From Octopus vulgaris (taxonomy: Eukaryota), in assembly GCA_951406725.2 (NCBI GenBank), contig OX597817.1, positions 95,666,001 through 95,730,000 of the forward strand: 64,000 bases of DNA, read 5' to 3'. The notes below the pieces were generated by a model that was not told the origin of the DNA, ran no database searches, and was given only the letters and a program-made list of their open reading frames with translations. Made by a program: the position numbers and the translations under genes. The stretch's first letter is position 1, and every line of letters starts with the position of its first letter. Below, one piece after another: positions 53,108 through 64,000 of this stretch.

Positions 53108-53172
53108 GTATGTATGTATGTATGTATGTATGTATGTATGTATGTATGTATGTATGTATGTATGTATGTATA

Positions 53173-53584
53173 CTCTTTACTCTCTCTTTTACTCTTTTAC
53201 TTGTTTCAGTCATTTGACTGCGGCCATGCTGGAGCACCGCCTTTAATCGAGCAAATCGACCCCGGGACTTATTCTTTGTAAGCCCAGTACTTATTCTATC
53301 GGTCTCTTTTGCCGAACCGCTTAGTGATGGGGACATAAACATACTAGCATCGGTTGTCAAGCAATGCTAGGGGAACAAATACAGACACACAAACATACAC
53401 GCACACACACATATATATATATACATATGTACGACGGGCTTCTTTCAGTTTCCGTCTACCAAATCCAGTCACAAGGCTTTGGTCGGCCCGAGGCTATAGT
53501 AGAAGACACTTGCCCAAGGTGCCACGCAGTGGGATTGAACCCGGAACCATGTGGTTTGTAAGCAAGCTACTTACCACACAGCCA
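53173..53584 (-). mobile_element. Near full-length tRNA-derived SINE
   Basis: Highly similar to 20183-20593. Confidence 0.9.
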
Positions 53585-53870
53585 GTATGTATGTATGTAT
53601 GTATGTATGTATGTATGTATGTATGTATCATCCCTCACCGCTTGACAACCGGTGTTGGTTTGTTTTCTTCCCTGTAACTTAGCAGATCGGAAATAAAAAC
53701 CGATAGAATAGGTATCGGACTTTAGTAGTGTGTCCCCAGCATAGCTGCAGTTCAATGACTGAAACAAGTAAAAAATAAAGGACTACTTATCCAATCAAAT
53801 TCTAGTAAGATTATAGTAAATAAATCTACCGACCGTCTTACTGTATTATTGCATTTTTTATTGTTTCCAG

Positions 53871-54400
53871 GCTGTAGAGATGCTTCTTCGGCAGACATGT
53901 TATTCACAACTCGGATATAATAAAACTAAAACAATACAGGACGGTGTGGAAGAAAGTTTTAAAGAATTTAACACTCGTCACAATATAAACTTTGGGATCT
54001 TATTAAAGGATTGTTTTCAAAGTTTGGATATTTCGGTGGGATCAATTAAGGACAGTGAAGAATTCATAAAGAAAACCAAGGCCTCGGTTCGCTACTAAGT
54101 CAAATAAGTTTAGATAAATTTATATCGAACAGTCATAGATTTCCTCAAAAATTTGTGAAGTAACCTGAATAACCAATAGCTTCAACCAGAAATTAAAAGC
54201 CTTTCCAATGAAAACATCGATGTAGTTGCAGTACTCATTGAAAGAACTGTAGATACAAATGCTTTAACTTCCTAAGCAATTACCCCCAAATACATACTGA
54301 GCATTCTCTCTTACAAAACATCTTCTTCGTCGTTAGCAGAATTATTTTATAACAAAGGTTACTGAAAACCTCTCACAGTCAAAATCAATTCGTCTTAGTG
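53871..54400 (+). pseudogene. Pseudo-exon paralogous to terminal VWA-like exon 31664-32238
   Basis: ttccag|GC; CRDASSADMLF..QLGYNKTKTI...FGILLKDCF..DISVG...IKKT...ITPKYILSILSY, with frameshifts and stops. Confidence 0.82.
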
Positions 54401-55570
54401 TATGAAACAATTTCTTTGCTCACATATTTAAAACGAAAATGTTGACTACTAATTGCTTTGTGGCAGCTTTCGACAATGAAAGAGAAGTGAAAATGTAAAG
54501 CGCACGTATTTTCTGATAATGATAAATCAATTCATATTTATTCTAAATACTTACTTTTATTTCATTCTACTTTTCGTACAATAGTTGTCAGTCATAATTT
54601 TTCATGATGGAAATTAGAAAGTAAAACAAAATGCATTTTAAAGGGAAAAAACTCTAAATTTCTACCGTAAAATTATTTCCCATTAAGTCTCCTGTCAGTT
54701 TTGAAAATCCATTAGAGGACTTTTTTCCATGCATGTACTATAACCGATTTCAAGAACCCTTGATTTCAAAACCTTTTCAGAGTATCAGGTTCTCTGGGCC
54801 AAAATTTCACAATATATTCTGGACCAATTAAATATATATATCTACTATTCCGCTAGTACACTTTGCATAGCTAAACGATTAAACAAAATATTGCATGATT
54901 AAATGAAAAAATGCATACAAGTTTTTTCAAACAGTCTGTACCAATGAAACAGAATTTTTAATTAAACGCTATCTGAATCATTTAATGAAATAAACTAAAT
55001 GTTAGTCACGAAGGTCTCGAAGCGGAGAACTTTAAGTATTACTACCTGTTTCTAGATAACATTTTCTTCATGGAAGGTTCAGAATTTCCAAATATAGGCT
55101 TAGTACTTCGACACATATTCTAATAAACACGTTATACGAGCAAAACTGCTTCAGATGCTTCCCTGCATAATTTTTACATGTAGCAAATGAAAATTGATTA
55201 TCCTTTGACGTGCTGAAACAATCGTCCAATCGGAAAAATGCTTTGTGCAATATCATTTGTACAATATTATTTGTTCCGGTGCTTTACATTCTGAGTTCAA
55301 ACATCGCCGATGTCAACTTTGTCTTTCATCTATTCGTGGACGATAAAACAAAGTACCTGTTATATATTGTGATCAAACAAATAAAAAATAAAGAATAAAA
55401 AGCAACTTAATTTGAGAATTCAGAAAATCGTCTGGTATTCTAGTAACTATCTTATTACGTAACTAATTAATTAATTTATTTCATTTGTAAATGATTTAAG
55501 CACTTCTGGCCAGGATCTCATATGCTATATCGTGCACTTTTATTTTATACACACGCGCGCGCGCGCATGC

Positions 55571-55667
<97 letters not shown>

Positions 55668-56444
55668 AAGTTTGGGAGATGGGCGTACAGTGTCCTCCAT
55701 ATATACCTCGTTATAATAGAGAGGCCTTATTGAAGATCTCTCTGGCCGCCGAGAGTTCAGTTTCCACTACTTATGTCTGTGACTAGGTTTTTTTTTTTAT
55801 TGTAGCTAGGGAGTGGTTGCAATTTTTCTGGATTAATGCAGTTTCCACGTTGGACTTCTTGTAAGACTAATACTTGCTTGTCTTCAGGTCTAGGTTATGT
55901 CCATGCTGGCAATCCAACTTACTAACACCAAATTTTAATCTAACACCACCAAACCTAGTTATTCCATGGGAAAGGCTGACGCCGCTATAGTGTTACTTCT
56001 GCATACCCATACTGCAGTCTTCAGACATACTAACGACAGCTACATACCAACATCCTTCTCGACCATGTCAACCGAAGAACAAAGAAAATTACTGATGTCA
56101 CGTCAGACAAATAACACCACCTATCATCTGGAAGCCATCTTGTATTTGTCCCATGATGTCTGGCCAGCTAGATTCGCTCTACGAGCCAATGAAACTTTAA
56201 GTTGCGTGGAGCTGGGTCTAACTGCTATTAAATGAAACATGTAACTCCTACCAAATGTGTTGAGAGCCACTTTTTTTCGTTTGTCCACTCATTCATATAC
56301 ATACACACACATACATACACACACATACATACACAGACATACATACATACAGAAATACACACATATGTGCATACATACATACATACATGCATACATACAT
56401 ACATACATACATACATACATACATACATACATACATACATACAC

Positions 56445-56720
56445 AATTAAGCACATAAATGCAAAACAAGGTGGAAAAATAGTACTCAAATACCAAAGGT
56501 AGAATAATATACTATTTATTTAAGCCGGAAAAAAATCTTCAAAGCTGTTACGTAAAGTTTCACGTTACCGTTCGTCGGACAGTTGCGATGATACTAAATA
56601 AAAAAAAAAATGCGTGGGTACTTGTAATATGATATAGTATAGTATAATGCAATAATAATATAATAGAATGTAGCCCTAATTACGAATAAGCAACTTAATT
56701 TGATTGGACGACTGATTTCA
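56445..56720 (-). mobile_element. Solo pLTR related to 8958-9190, with decayed HHR at 56545-56582 (CCGACGA core)
   Basis: Reverse-complement match to 9110-9180; ctgt-CCGACGA-acg gtaa cgt-GAAA-ctttacg-TA-acag. Confidence 0.7.
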
Positions 56721-56930
56721 AACCATAGTGGTGTGGATAGTCTGTCATCGACAAAAAAAAAAAAAATGTTTGTGTAAAAGCGAGGAAAATAAACAGAATA
56801 TACACAGAAAATAGCAACTGTAAATAATTAAAAGAAATAATAGGATTTCGAAATGGAGCATTTAAAAGTTAAGATTACAATAAAAGATAAAAATAAAGGT
56901 ATAAATGAGAGAATAAATAAGTAGACATGC

Positions 56931-56963
<33 letters not shown>

Positions 56964-56970
56964 TTTTTCT

Positions 56971-57038
<68 letters not shown>

Positions 57039-57508
57039 ATGTGTGTGTGTTTGCAAGTATATAATTATAATTATATGCGCTGGAACGCCAGCGCCTATAC
57101 GCTAAAAGTAGATGTCAAATAACTACAATCAACTCTAAATTTGTTTTCTACTTATAACCCCAGGTCGAATGCGAGATAATGAGCAAGAAGATGTACAAAA
57201 AATTTCGGATAATCATTACGCTGAGAACTATATAAGCGAAAAATTTATTTACATACTGATAAATCTATTCGTACAGATACCAATATATACATGCATTTCC
57301 CGCATATGCATTCTATCTACTATCCCATCTCGACCATGTGGTTAATATCAGAAATCATACAGTTTGGATATAGTACCGCAGCATAATATAATTAAGCTTG
57401 GCCTGTTAGGCCGAGAAGCATTACCGCAGCATAATATAATGACTAGAGAACTCAAAAATTAGTGACATTTGCAATTGGAAAGAGGTTTCGTCACTAGCTT
57501 GTGGTTGT

Positions 57509-57552
57509 CTCACACTGAGGACGGATAACATTCAGAAACCTAGGTCTATGAG
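57509..57552 (+). ncRNA. Type I hammerhead (canonical core) in a diverged relative of the 357-bp repeat
   Basis: ctcaca-CTGAGGA-c gga taaca ttc a-GAAA-cctagg-TC-tatgag; downstream atgacctcccttgcaaatg resembles atgatctccctttgcaaga. Confidence 0.7.
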
Positions 57553-57734
57553 TATTACGTAAGGCTAGAGATGTGAGCGATGACCTCCCTTGCAAATGCT
57601 ATACGAACACAAATTGTGTGTCGATAGCCAGCTGGAAAATATGTTTTCCTGTGGCTAAAACAACAGTAACAACGTTCTTTATAGGACTGGAACATTCTGT
57701 TGGTATATAAACATTACTATATATATGTATATAT

Positions 57735-57802
<68 letters not shown>

Positions 57803-58516
57803 GAAACACTCCTGTCACAACCTGGGACCTTGAAGACTGCTTTAATGCAAGACAGTATACTAGTCCCTTAATATTTTATATTCAATATTTCATCTATTCA
57901 ATACGACAATCAATACTTCATTTCATTTTACTATATATATTATTTATACTATATATTCTATATTCTACATTAATATTATAAAGAATATAAATAAAACATA
58001 AAAAACAGAGTTGGAATTTCTTTGAATAATATATATACATATATAAATAATCAGAAAATGGAGAAAATCTCTGATTAACAAACATCGATTGGACCTCTTT
58101 AATAGCTTGTTTTTTAATACAAAGCATGACATAACAAAATAGGTGACGCAACATACCTTACGGCGTTTGCGATCGGTTACCAATGCTGTCAATAAATAGA
58201 TGCGAGAATAAAGTTCTTTAACTTCATAGGGTATTCGAATTAAGGCAGCGGAGTTCATCAGAGGGAAGGAGGAAAGGGATGGAAAACATGGCCAACACAA
58301 AAAGTCTAGAAGCCCAAGATGTTAAAAGTATATAATTTACCACGAAGGGGGTGCTTATTTAAATTTGTTTCTTGATAAACTTTTATTTATTCTGTTGTTA
58401 CTTGTACCCTATGAGCATAGCGTGCTTGCATACCCAAGCCCAGGGATAGCGTAGGTAAATAATACCGATAGTATTATCCTTTAGACAGTTACTCTAACCG
58501 CTAACTCTGCTTACCT

Positions 58517-58558
<42 letters not shown>

Positions 58559-58561
<3 letters not shown>

Positions 58562-58697
58562 TCATTTGACTGCGGCCATGTTGGAGCTCGGCCTTTAGTC
58601 GAACAAATCGGCCCCAGAACTTATTCTTTGTAAGCTTACTACTTATTCTATCGCTCTCTTTTGCCGAACCAATAAGTTATGGGGACGTAAGCACACC
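58559..58697 (-). mobile_element. tRNA-SINE 3' fragment
   Basis: Homologous to the SINE tail. Confidence 0.75.
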
Positions 58698-58951
58698 TAT
58701 TTTGTTATGACATGCTTTATATTAAAAAGTAAGCTATAAATGTGGTCCAATCGATGTCTTTATTAATCTGAGGTTTCTCCATTTTCTAATTATTTGCATT
58801 GATTCCTGATAAGTTCTTGTTTATCCTGTTGTTATGTACACACCAATGCCCGAGGTAACGGATACCTATAGTATATTCCGATATTTTATCCCTTAGTCGG
58901 TTATTATAACCGCTAATTCTGTTAAGAAAAAGATAAAAGATATAAGATATA

Positions 58952-59004
<53 letters not shown>

Positions 59005-59006
<2 letters not shown>

Positions 59007-59602
59007 CAACTAATAAGGGTGAGAAAATTGGATACTAATTTAATAGTACATCCATTTAACACCAAGTGGCTTAGTGCATAAAAACCTGGATTTCGATAAA
59101 TTTTATACATAAATATAAGAGAGTAACCACTATGTGGTCGACTCTAGTACTAAAAATAGATCCGCTAGGTTTCAGCCACAAAGAATTGTTTCCGATGAAA
59201 GTTAGCACGACTACTAGCGCAAACGAACAGGGCAAATAAAAATAACAAAAATGCAGATTAGTTCAGGACAATTGTTTCGCTATTAATAAATTATGTAATT
59301 TTACTCACATAACATATCTGTAGCTCTTCAGCCGAACCCGTCCAGAATACAATTTACTCAACCGCACGTTAGATTTTACCATAACGATAAACACACGTGC
59401 GGTTCAGATATGTTATGTGAGTAAAATTACATAATTTATTAATAGAGAAACAATTGTCCTGAACTAATCCGCATTTTTGTTATTTTTATTTGCCCTGTTC
59501 GTTTGCGCTAGTAGTCGTGCTAACTTTCATCGGAAACAATTCTTTGTGGCTGAAACCTAGCAGATCTATTTTTAGTGCTAGAGTCGACCACATAGTGGTT
59601 AC

Positions 59603-59606
<4 letters not shown>
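59005..59606. repeat. pLTR-like repeat with inverted arms 59123-59320 / 59405-59602, bounded by (TA)n
   Basis: Near-identical reverse-complement arms. Confidence 0.85.
59261..59337 (-). ncRNA. Intact type I hammerhead
   Basis: gttcgg-CTGAAGA-gcta...tagc-GAAA-caattg-TC-ctgaac. Confidence 0.8.
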
Positions 59607-59652
<46 letters not shown>

Positions 59653-60474
59653 CCCTGTTATCGTATCCGCCTTTCACCATGTGCTTCTTATCTCGTTGCC
59701 CGCTATCTTTCTTTCCTTCCTCTTTATATATATATATATATATATATATTGTCCCTTGTTGTTTTTTGTTTCCGTTTATATATATATATATATATATATG
59801 TATTAATAAAAAGAATTCCAACCTTGTCTGATTTTCACGTTTTATTTACAATCTTATAATGATATATTATAAGATAATATATTATAATTGAATAAAATAA
59901 AATGAAATAGTAGAATGTTAAATATTCATTCTGATTGAACTAGTACTTTCATGCATTGAATTCTGCAATCTTCGGGTTCATGTAGTAGTGTTGACAGTCA
60001 TGCTTCACAATTTTTGACTGTAGCAAGATGAGTGATTCTGTGCTATAAATACAGCTGGGTAGGCTCCAGAGTGCTAGGTTTTGCAAACTGTATTCTGACC
60101 AATCAGTGTGTAGTATCACTCAATTACTTAAGCTGATTGGTTGGTTGAGCTGATTGGTTTAGGCATCACGCTTTGTTGGACAGGTCAAGAGTCCTGTATC
60201 TTGACCCTGGCCGAAGCAGCAATTGTTGGGTTATTTTTAGAAATGTTGTAAATATCCTTTGTCAGAGATTTTTATATTTTTATATTTCAATTGTCATCAT
60301 CATCATTGTCAGCACCTTAATTATTGTTGCTAGTGGTGATGGTGGTGGCAATAGAACTTTTAACCCTAAATAAGATAATTTTCCTGCTATCTTCGTCTTG
60401 ATCACCTTTAGTATTGTTGTTGTTGTTAGTGGTCATGGTCGTAGCAGTGGAAGTAATACCTCTAAGTATTATTA

Positions 60475-62131
60475 TTATTGCTTATTTAGCTTGGGTTCGA
60501 ATTTATCAATAAAATTCTTTTCTCTGATTTTCCTCTCGATTTCACTTGGGCTGTGTAATTTGTAGAATGGAAATATTATATATATTTTCCGACCACATGT
60601 TGCTAGGTGGTTACTCAAAGGTATCTGACGGACCTCTGGGTCTCTAATCTGTTGCCGGTGTACACGTGAGCGTTCTAATAGTGCGTTTCCCGTCTGACCT
60701 ACATATATTTCTTCACAATTTGGGCATTTGATGCAGTAAATTAAATTTCTGCTTTTGCAGTTCATATTCGCGTTTGTGAATATTTTCCCGGTTTTTGTGT
60801 TTATATATTGACCGGTATGTATGAATTGGCATGTGCCACATCGGCTATCATTGCATTTAGATACCGTGAATGTTTGGTCTTTGTTGCTGAGGTCAAATTT
60901 TGCCTTTGTTAGTAATGTTTTCAAGTTTTTAGGCTGTCTTTTACTAAGCACCATAGCTCGATCCTTGATTATGTCTTTTAATTCATTACTTTGGGCAATG
61001 ATTGGTAGGTTTGCTTTGGCAATGTTGAAGATATTCTGGTGACATGGGTTGTGTGTCACTATGAATGGTATGACTTGTTCTTGTTTTCCTCTTCCTTGGG
61101 TTGTCCTAAGTTGTTGTATAGGTATTTTTATAGCCCGCTGTATGCCATTTTCTATAAGTAGAGATGGGTATTTTTGTTTGAGCAAAAATTCTCTTAGTTC
61201 TATTAGGCGTTTGTTCCTGATATTTGCATCTTCTACAATAGTACAAATTCTTCTGGCTAGGCAGTATGGGATGTTACGTTTTGTATGTGGTGGATGGCAC
61301 GACTTAAAATTTAGGTATTGATGTGTGTCTGTGTGTTTATAGTATATATCTGTGGTGATGGTGGTGTCTTTTTTAATTACCATTATATCCAGGAATGGTA
61401 ATTTGGTACTACTCATCTCCTTTGTAAATTTGAGAGATGGGTGTAGGTTGTTCAGGAGGATATTGAACTCTTCCAGAGTATTTAGAGATTCTGTCCAGAT
61501 TATGAAACAGTCGTCTAGGTATCTCTTCCATGCCTTTTCAATATACTTTCTAAATCCAGTGCCATAGTTTACCTCCACCTCTTGGTAGAGTTGTTCTTCT
61601 AAGTATCCCATTACAGAGTTGGCGTAAACGGGAGCAAACCTCGTTCCCATCGCCGTGCCTCTAATTTGGATGTAATTCTTTCCATTGAAGAAGAATGTGT
61701 TATTTTCTAGAATAAGTTTGACTGTGTCTAATATAAATGGCACTGTGAATCTGCTGGGAATCACTTCTCTATGTTTTTCTAACCAGTATTTAATCGCCTT
61801 TATTCCTAAATCGTGTGGAATATTGGTGTAGAGGCTTACCACATCAAAACTTAGTAAAACTGAATTTGTTTCTGTTGTTTTGGGAAGATGGGACAGGAAG
61901 TCGATGTCATCCCTGATGAAACTTGGTATGTAAGTACATAGTGGTTTCAAAACAATGTCAATAAAATTGCTTAGACGGTGGGCATGCTGGACCAGCTATA
62001 ATAGGTCTAAGTTTTAGGTCTTTTGGATGTAATAATTTTATGTACTCACTTTCTTGTTCTTTTACTGCCTGTTGAATGTTTTTTGATTTGTGTATTTTTG
62101 GTAAGCCGTAGAAGTTGCTGGGTTTTGGTTG
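60475..62131 (-). CDS. PLE RT + GIY-YIG (5'-truncated; one frameshift near 61980)
   Basis: FYGLPKIHK..RPII; FDVVSLYTNIP; GTAMGT; RYLDD; CNDSRCGTC; LIYCIKC..YVGQT. Confidence 0.92.
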
Positions 62132-63216
62132 CTGGATTTAGAAAGTATATTGAAAAGGCATGGAAGAGATACCTAGACGACTGTTTCATAATCTGGACAG
62201 AATCTCTAAATACTCTGGAAGAGTTCAATATCCTCCTGAACAACCTACACCCATCTCTCAAATTTACAAAGGAGATGAGTAGTACCAAATTACCATTCCT
62301 GGATATAATGGTAATTAAAAAAGACACCACCATCACCACAGATATATACTATAAACACACAGACACACATCAATACCTAAATTTTAAGTCGTGCCATCCA
62401 CCACATACAAAACGTAACATCCCATACTGCCTAGCCAGAAGAATTTGTACTATTGTAGAAGATGCAAATATCAGGAACAAACGCCTAATAGAACTAAGAG
62501 AATTTTTGCTCAAACAAAAATACCCATCTCTACTTATAGAAAATGGCATACAGCGGGCTATAAAAATACCTATACAACAACTTAGGACAACCCAAGGAAG
62601 AGGAAAACAAGAACAAGTCATACCATTCATAGTGACACACAACCCATGTCACCAGAATATCTTCAACATTGCCAAAGCAAACCTACCAATCATTGCCCAA
62701 AGTAATGAATTAAAAGACATAATCAAGGATCGAGCTATGGTGCTTAGTAAAAGACAGCCTAAAAACTTGAAAACATTACTAACAAAGGCAAAATTTGACC
62801 TCAGCAACAAAGACCAAACATTCACGGTATCTAAATGCAATGATAGCCGATGTGGCACATGCCAATTCATACATACCGGTCAATATATAAACACAAAAAC
62901 CGGGAAAATATTCACAAACGCGAATATGAACTGCAAAAGCAGAAATTTAATTTACTGCATCAAATGCCCAAATTGTGAAGAAATATATGTAGGTCAGACG
63001 GGAAACGCACTATTAGAACGCTCACGTGTACACCGGCAACAGATTAGAGACCCAGAGGTCCGTCAGATACCTTTGAGTAACCACCTAGCAACATGTGGTC
63101 GGAAAATATATATAATATTTCCATTCTACAAATTACACAGCCCAAGTGAAATCGAGAGGAAAATCAGAGAAAAGAATTTTATTGATAAATTCGAACCCAA
63201 GCTAAATAAGCAATAA
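62132..63216 (+). CDS. Inverted duplicate of the PLE ORF C-terminal part
   Basis: Identical translation from GFRKYIEK to the stop. Confidence 0.85.
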
Positions 63217-63710
63217 TAATAATACTTAGAGGTATTACTTCCACTGCTACGACCATGACCACTAACAACAACAACAATACTAAAGGTGATCAAGACGAAG
63301 ATAGCAGGAAAATTATCTTATTTAGGGTTAAAAGTTCTATTGCCACCACCATCACCACTAGCAACAATAATTAAGGTGCTGACAATGATGATGATGACAA
63401 TTGAAATATAAAAATATAAAAATCTCTGACAAAGGATATTTACAACATTTCTAAAAATAACCCAACAATTGCTGCTTCGGCCAGGGTCAAGATACAGGAC
63501 TCTTGACCTGTCCAACAAAGCGTGATGCCTAAACCAATCAGCTCAACCAACCAATCAGCTTAAGTAATTGAGTGATACTACACACTGATTGGTCAGAATA
63601 CAGTTTGCAAAACCTAGCACTCTGGAGCCTACCCAGCTGTATTTATAGCACAGAATCACTCATCTTGCTACAGTCAAAAATTGTGAAGCATGACTGTCAA
63701 CACTACTACA

Positions 63711-63755
63711 TGAACCCGAAGATTGCAGAATTCAATGCATGAAAGTACTAGTTCA
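63711..63755 (+). ncRNA. Hammerhead with CCGAAGA (U4C) core (mirror copy at 59936-59980, -)
   Basis: tgaac-CCGAAGA-t tgca gaattcaa tgca t-GAAA-gtac-TA-gttca. Confidence 0.7.
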
Positions 63756-63954
63756 ATCAGAATGAATATTTAACATTCTACTATTTCATTTTATTTTATT
63801 CAATTATAATATATTATCTTATAATATATCATTATAAGATTGTAAATAAAACGTGAAAATCAGACAAGGTTGGAATTCTTTTTATTAATATATTCTTCTA
63901 TACACAATCACACACACCCATATATATATATATCTATATATATATGTATATATA

Positions 63955-64000
63955 TATCTTTTACTCTCTTTTACTTGTTTCAGTCATTTGACTGTGGCCA
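63955..64000 (-). mobile_element. tRNA-SINE tail (runs off window)
   Basis: ttttacttgtttcagtcatttgactgtggcca. Confidence 0.8.

Larger units (their letters stand above)
51993..53778 (+). mobile_element. Old tRNA-SINE split into head (51993-52095) and tail (53628-53778) by nested insertions
   Basis: Head and tail are collinear with the SINE consensus. The interior is (TATG)n holding an RTE fragment and another SINE. Confidence 0.7.
59801..63890 (-). mobile_element. Young Neptune-type PLE (62131 to 59801, -) with a 1759-bp inverted duplication of its 3' part (62132-63890, +)
   Basis: Arms 59801-61559 and 62132-63890 appear identical; the 572-bp spacer is upstream RT sequence. Confidence 0.95.

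Noticed and set aside
62023-62131. N-terminus of the 397-aa ORF as a signal peptide of a new gene
   Set aside because: It is antisense PLE RT sequence fused by the inversion junction.

Overview
Eukaryotic, AT-rich, microsatellite-saturated genomic DNA. The SINE families and repeat landscape suggest an octopod cephalopod (inference). Host content: the 3' four exons of a + strand multi-VWA-domain extracellular protein gene (VWA / Thr-rich linker / VWA / degenerate VWA; 3298-32238) and a pseudogenised tandem paralog of its last two exons (50826-54400). The rest is mostly mobile DNA: at least 7 Penelope-like element (PLE) remnants, a near full-length CR1-type LINE, a complete Gypsy LTR element lacking RT/RNase H but with an open Gag-PR-IN ORF, two RTE fragments with twin-priming inversions, an R4/Dong fragment, a decayed mariner and many tRNA-SINEs. 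The most notable signal is about 24 minimal type I hammerhead ribozyme (HHR) motifs found by eye. They include a 357-bp head-to-tail retrozyme-like repeat and families whose catalytic core shows compensatory changes at the 3:8 tertiary pair (C3-G8, U3-A8, G3-C/U8) or a U4C change. Many long inverted repeats and palindromes are anchored on (TA)n. All calls are manual readings; no alignments, folding or database searches were run.
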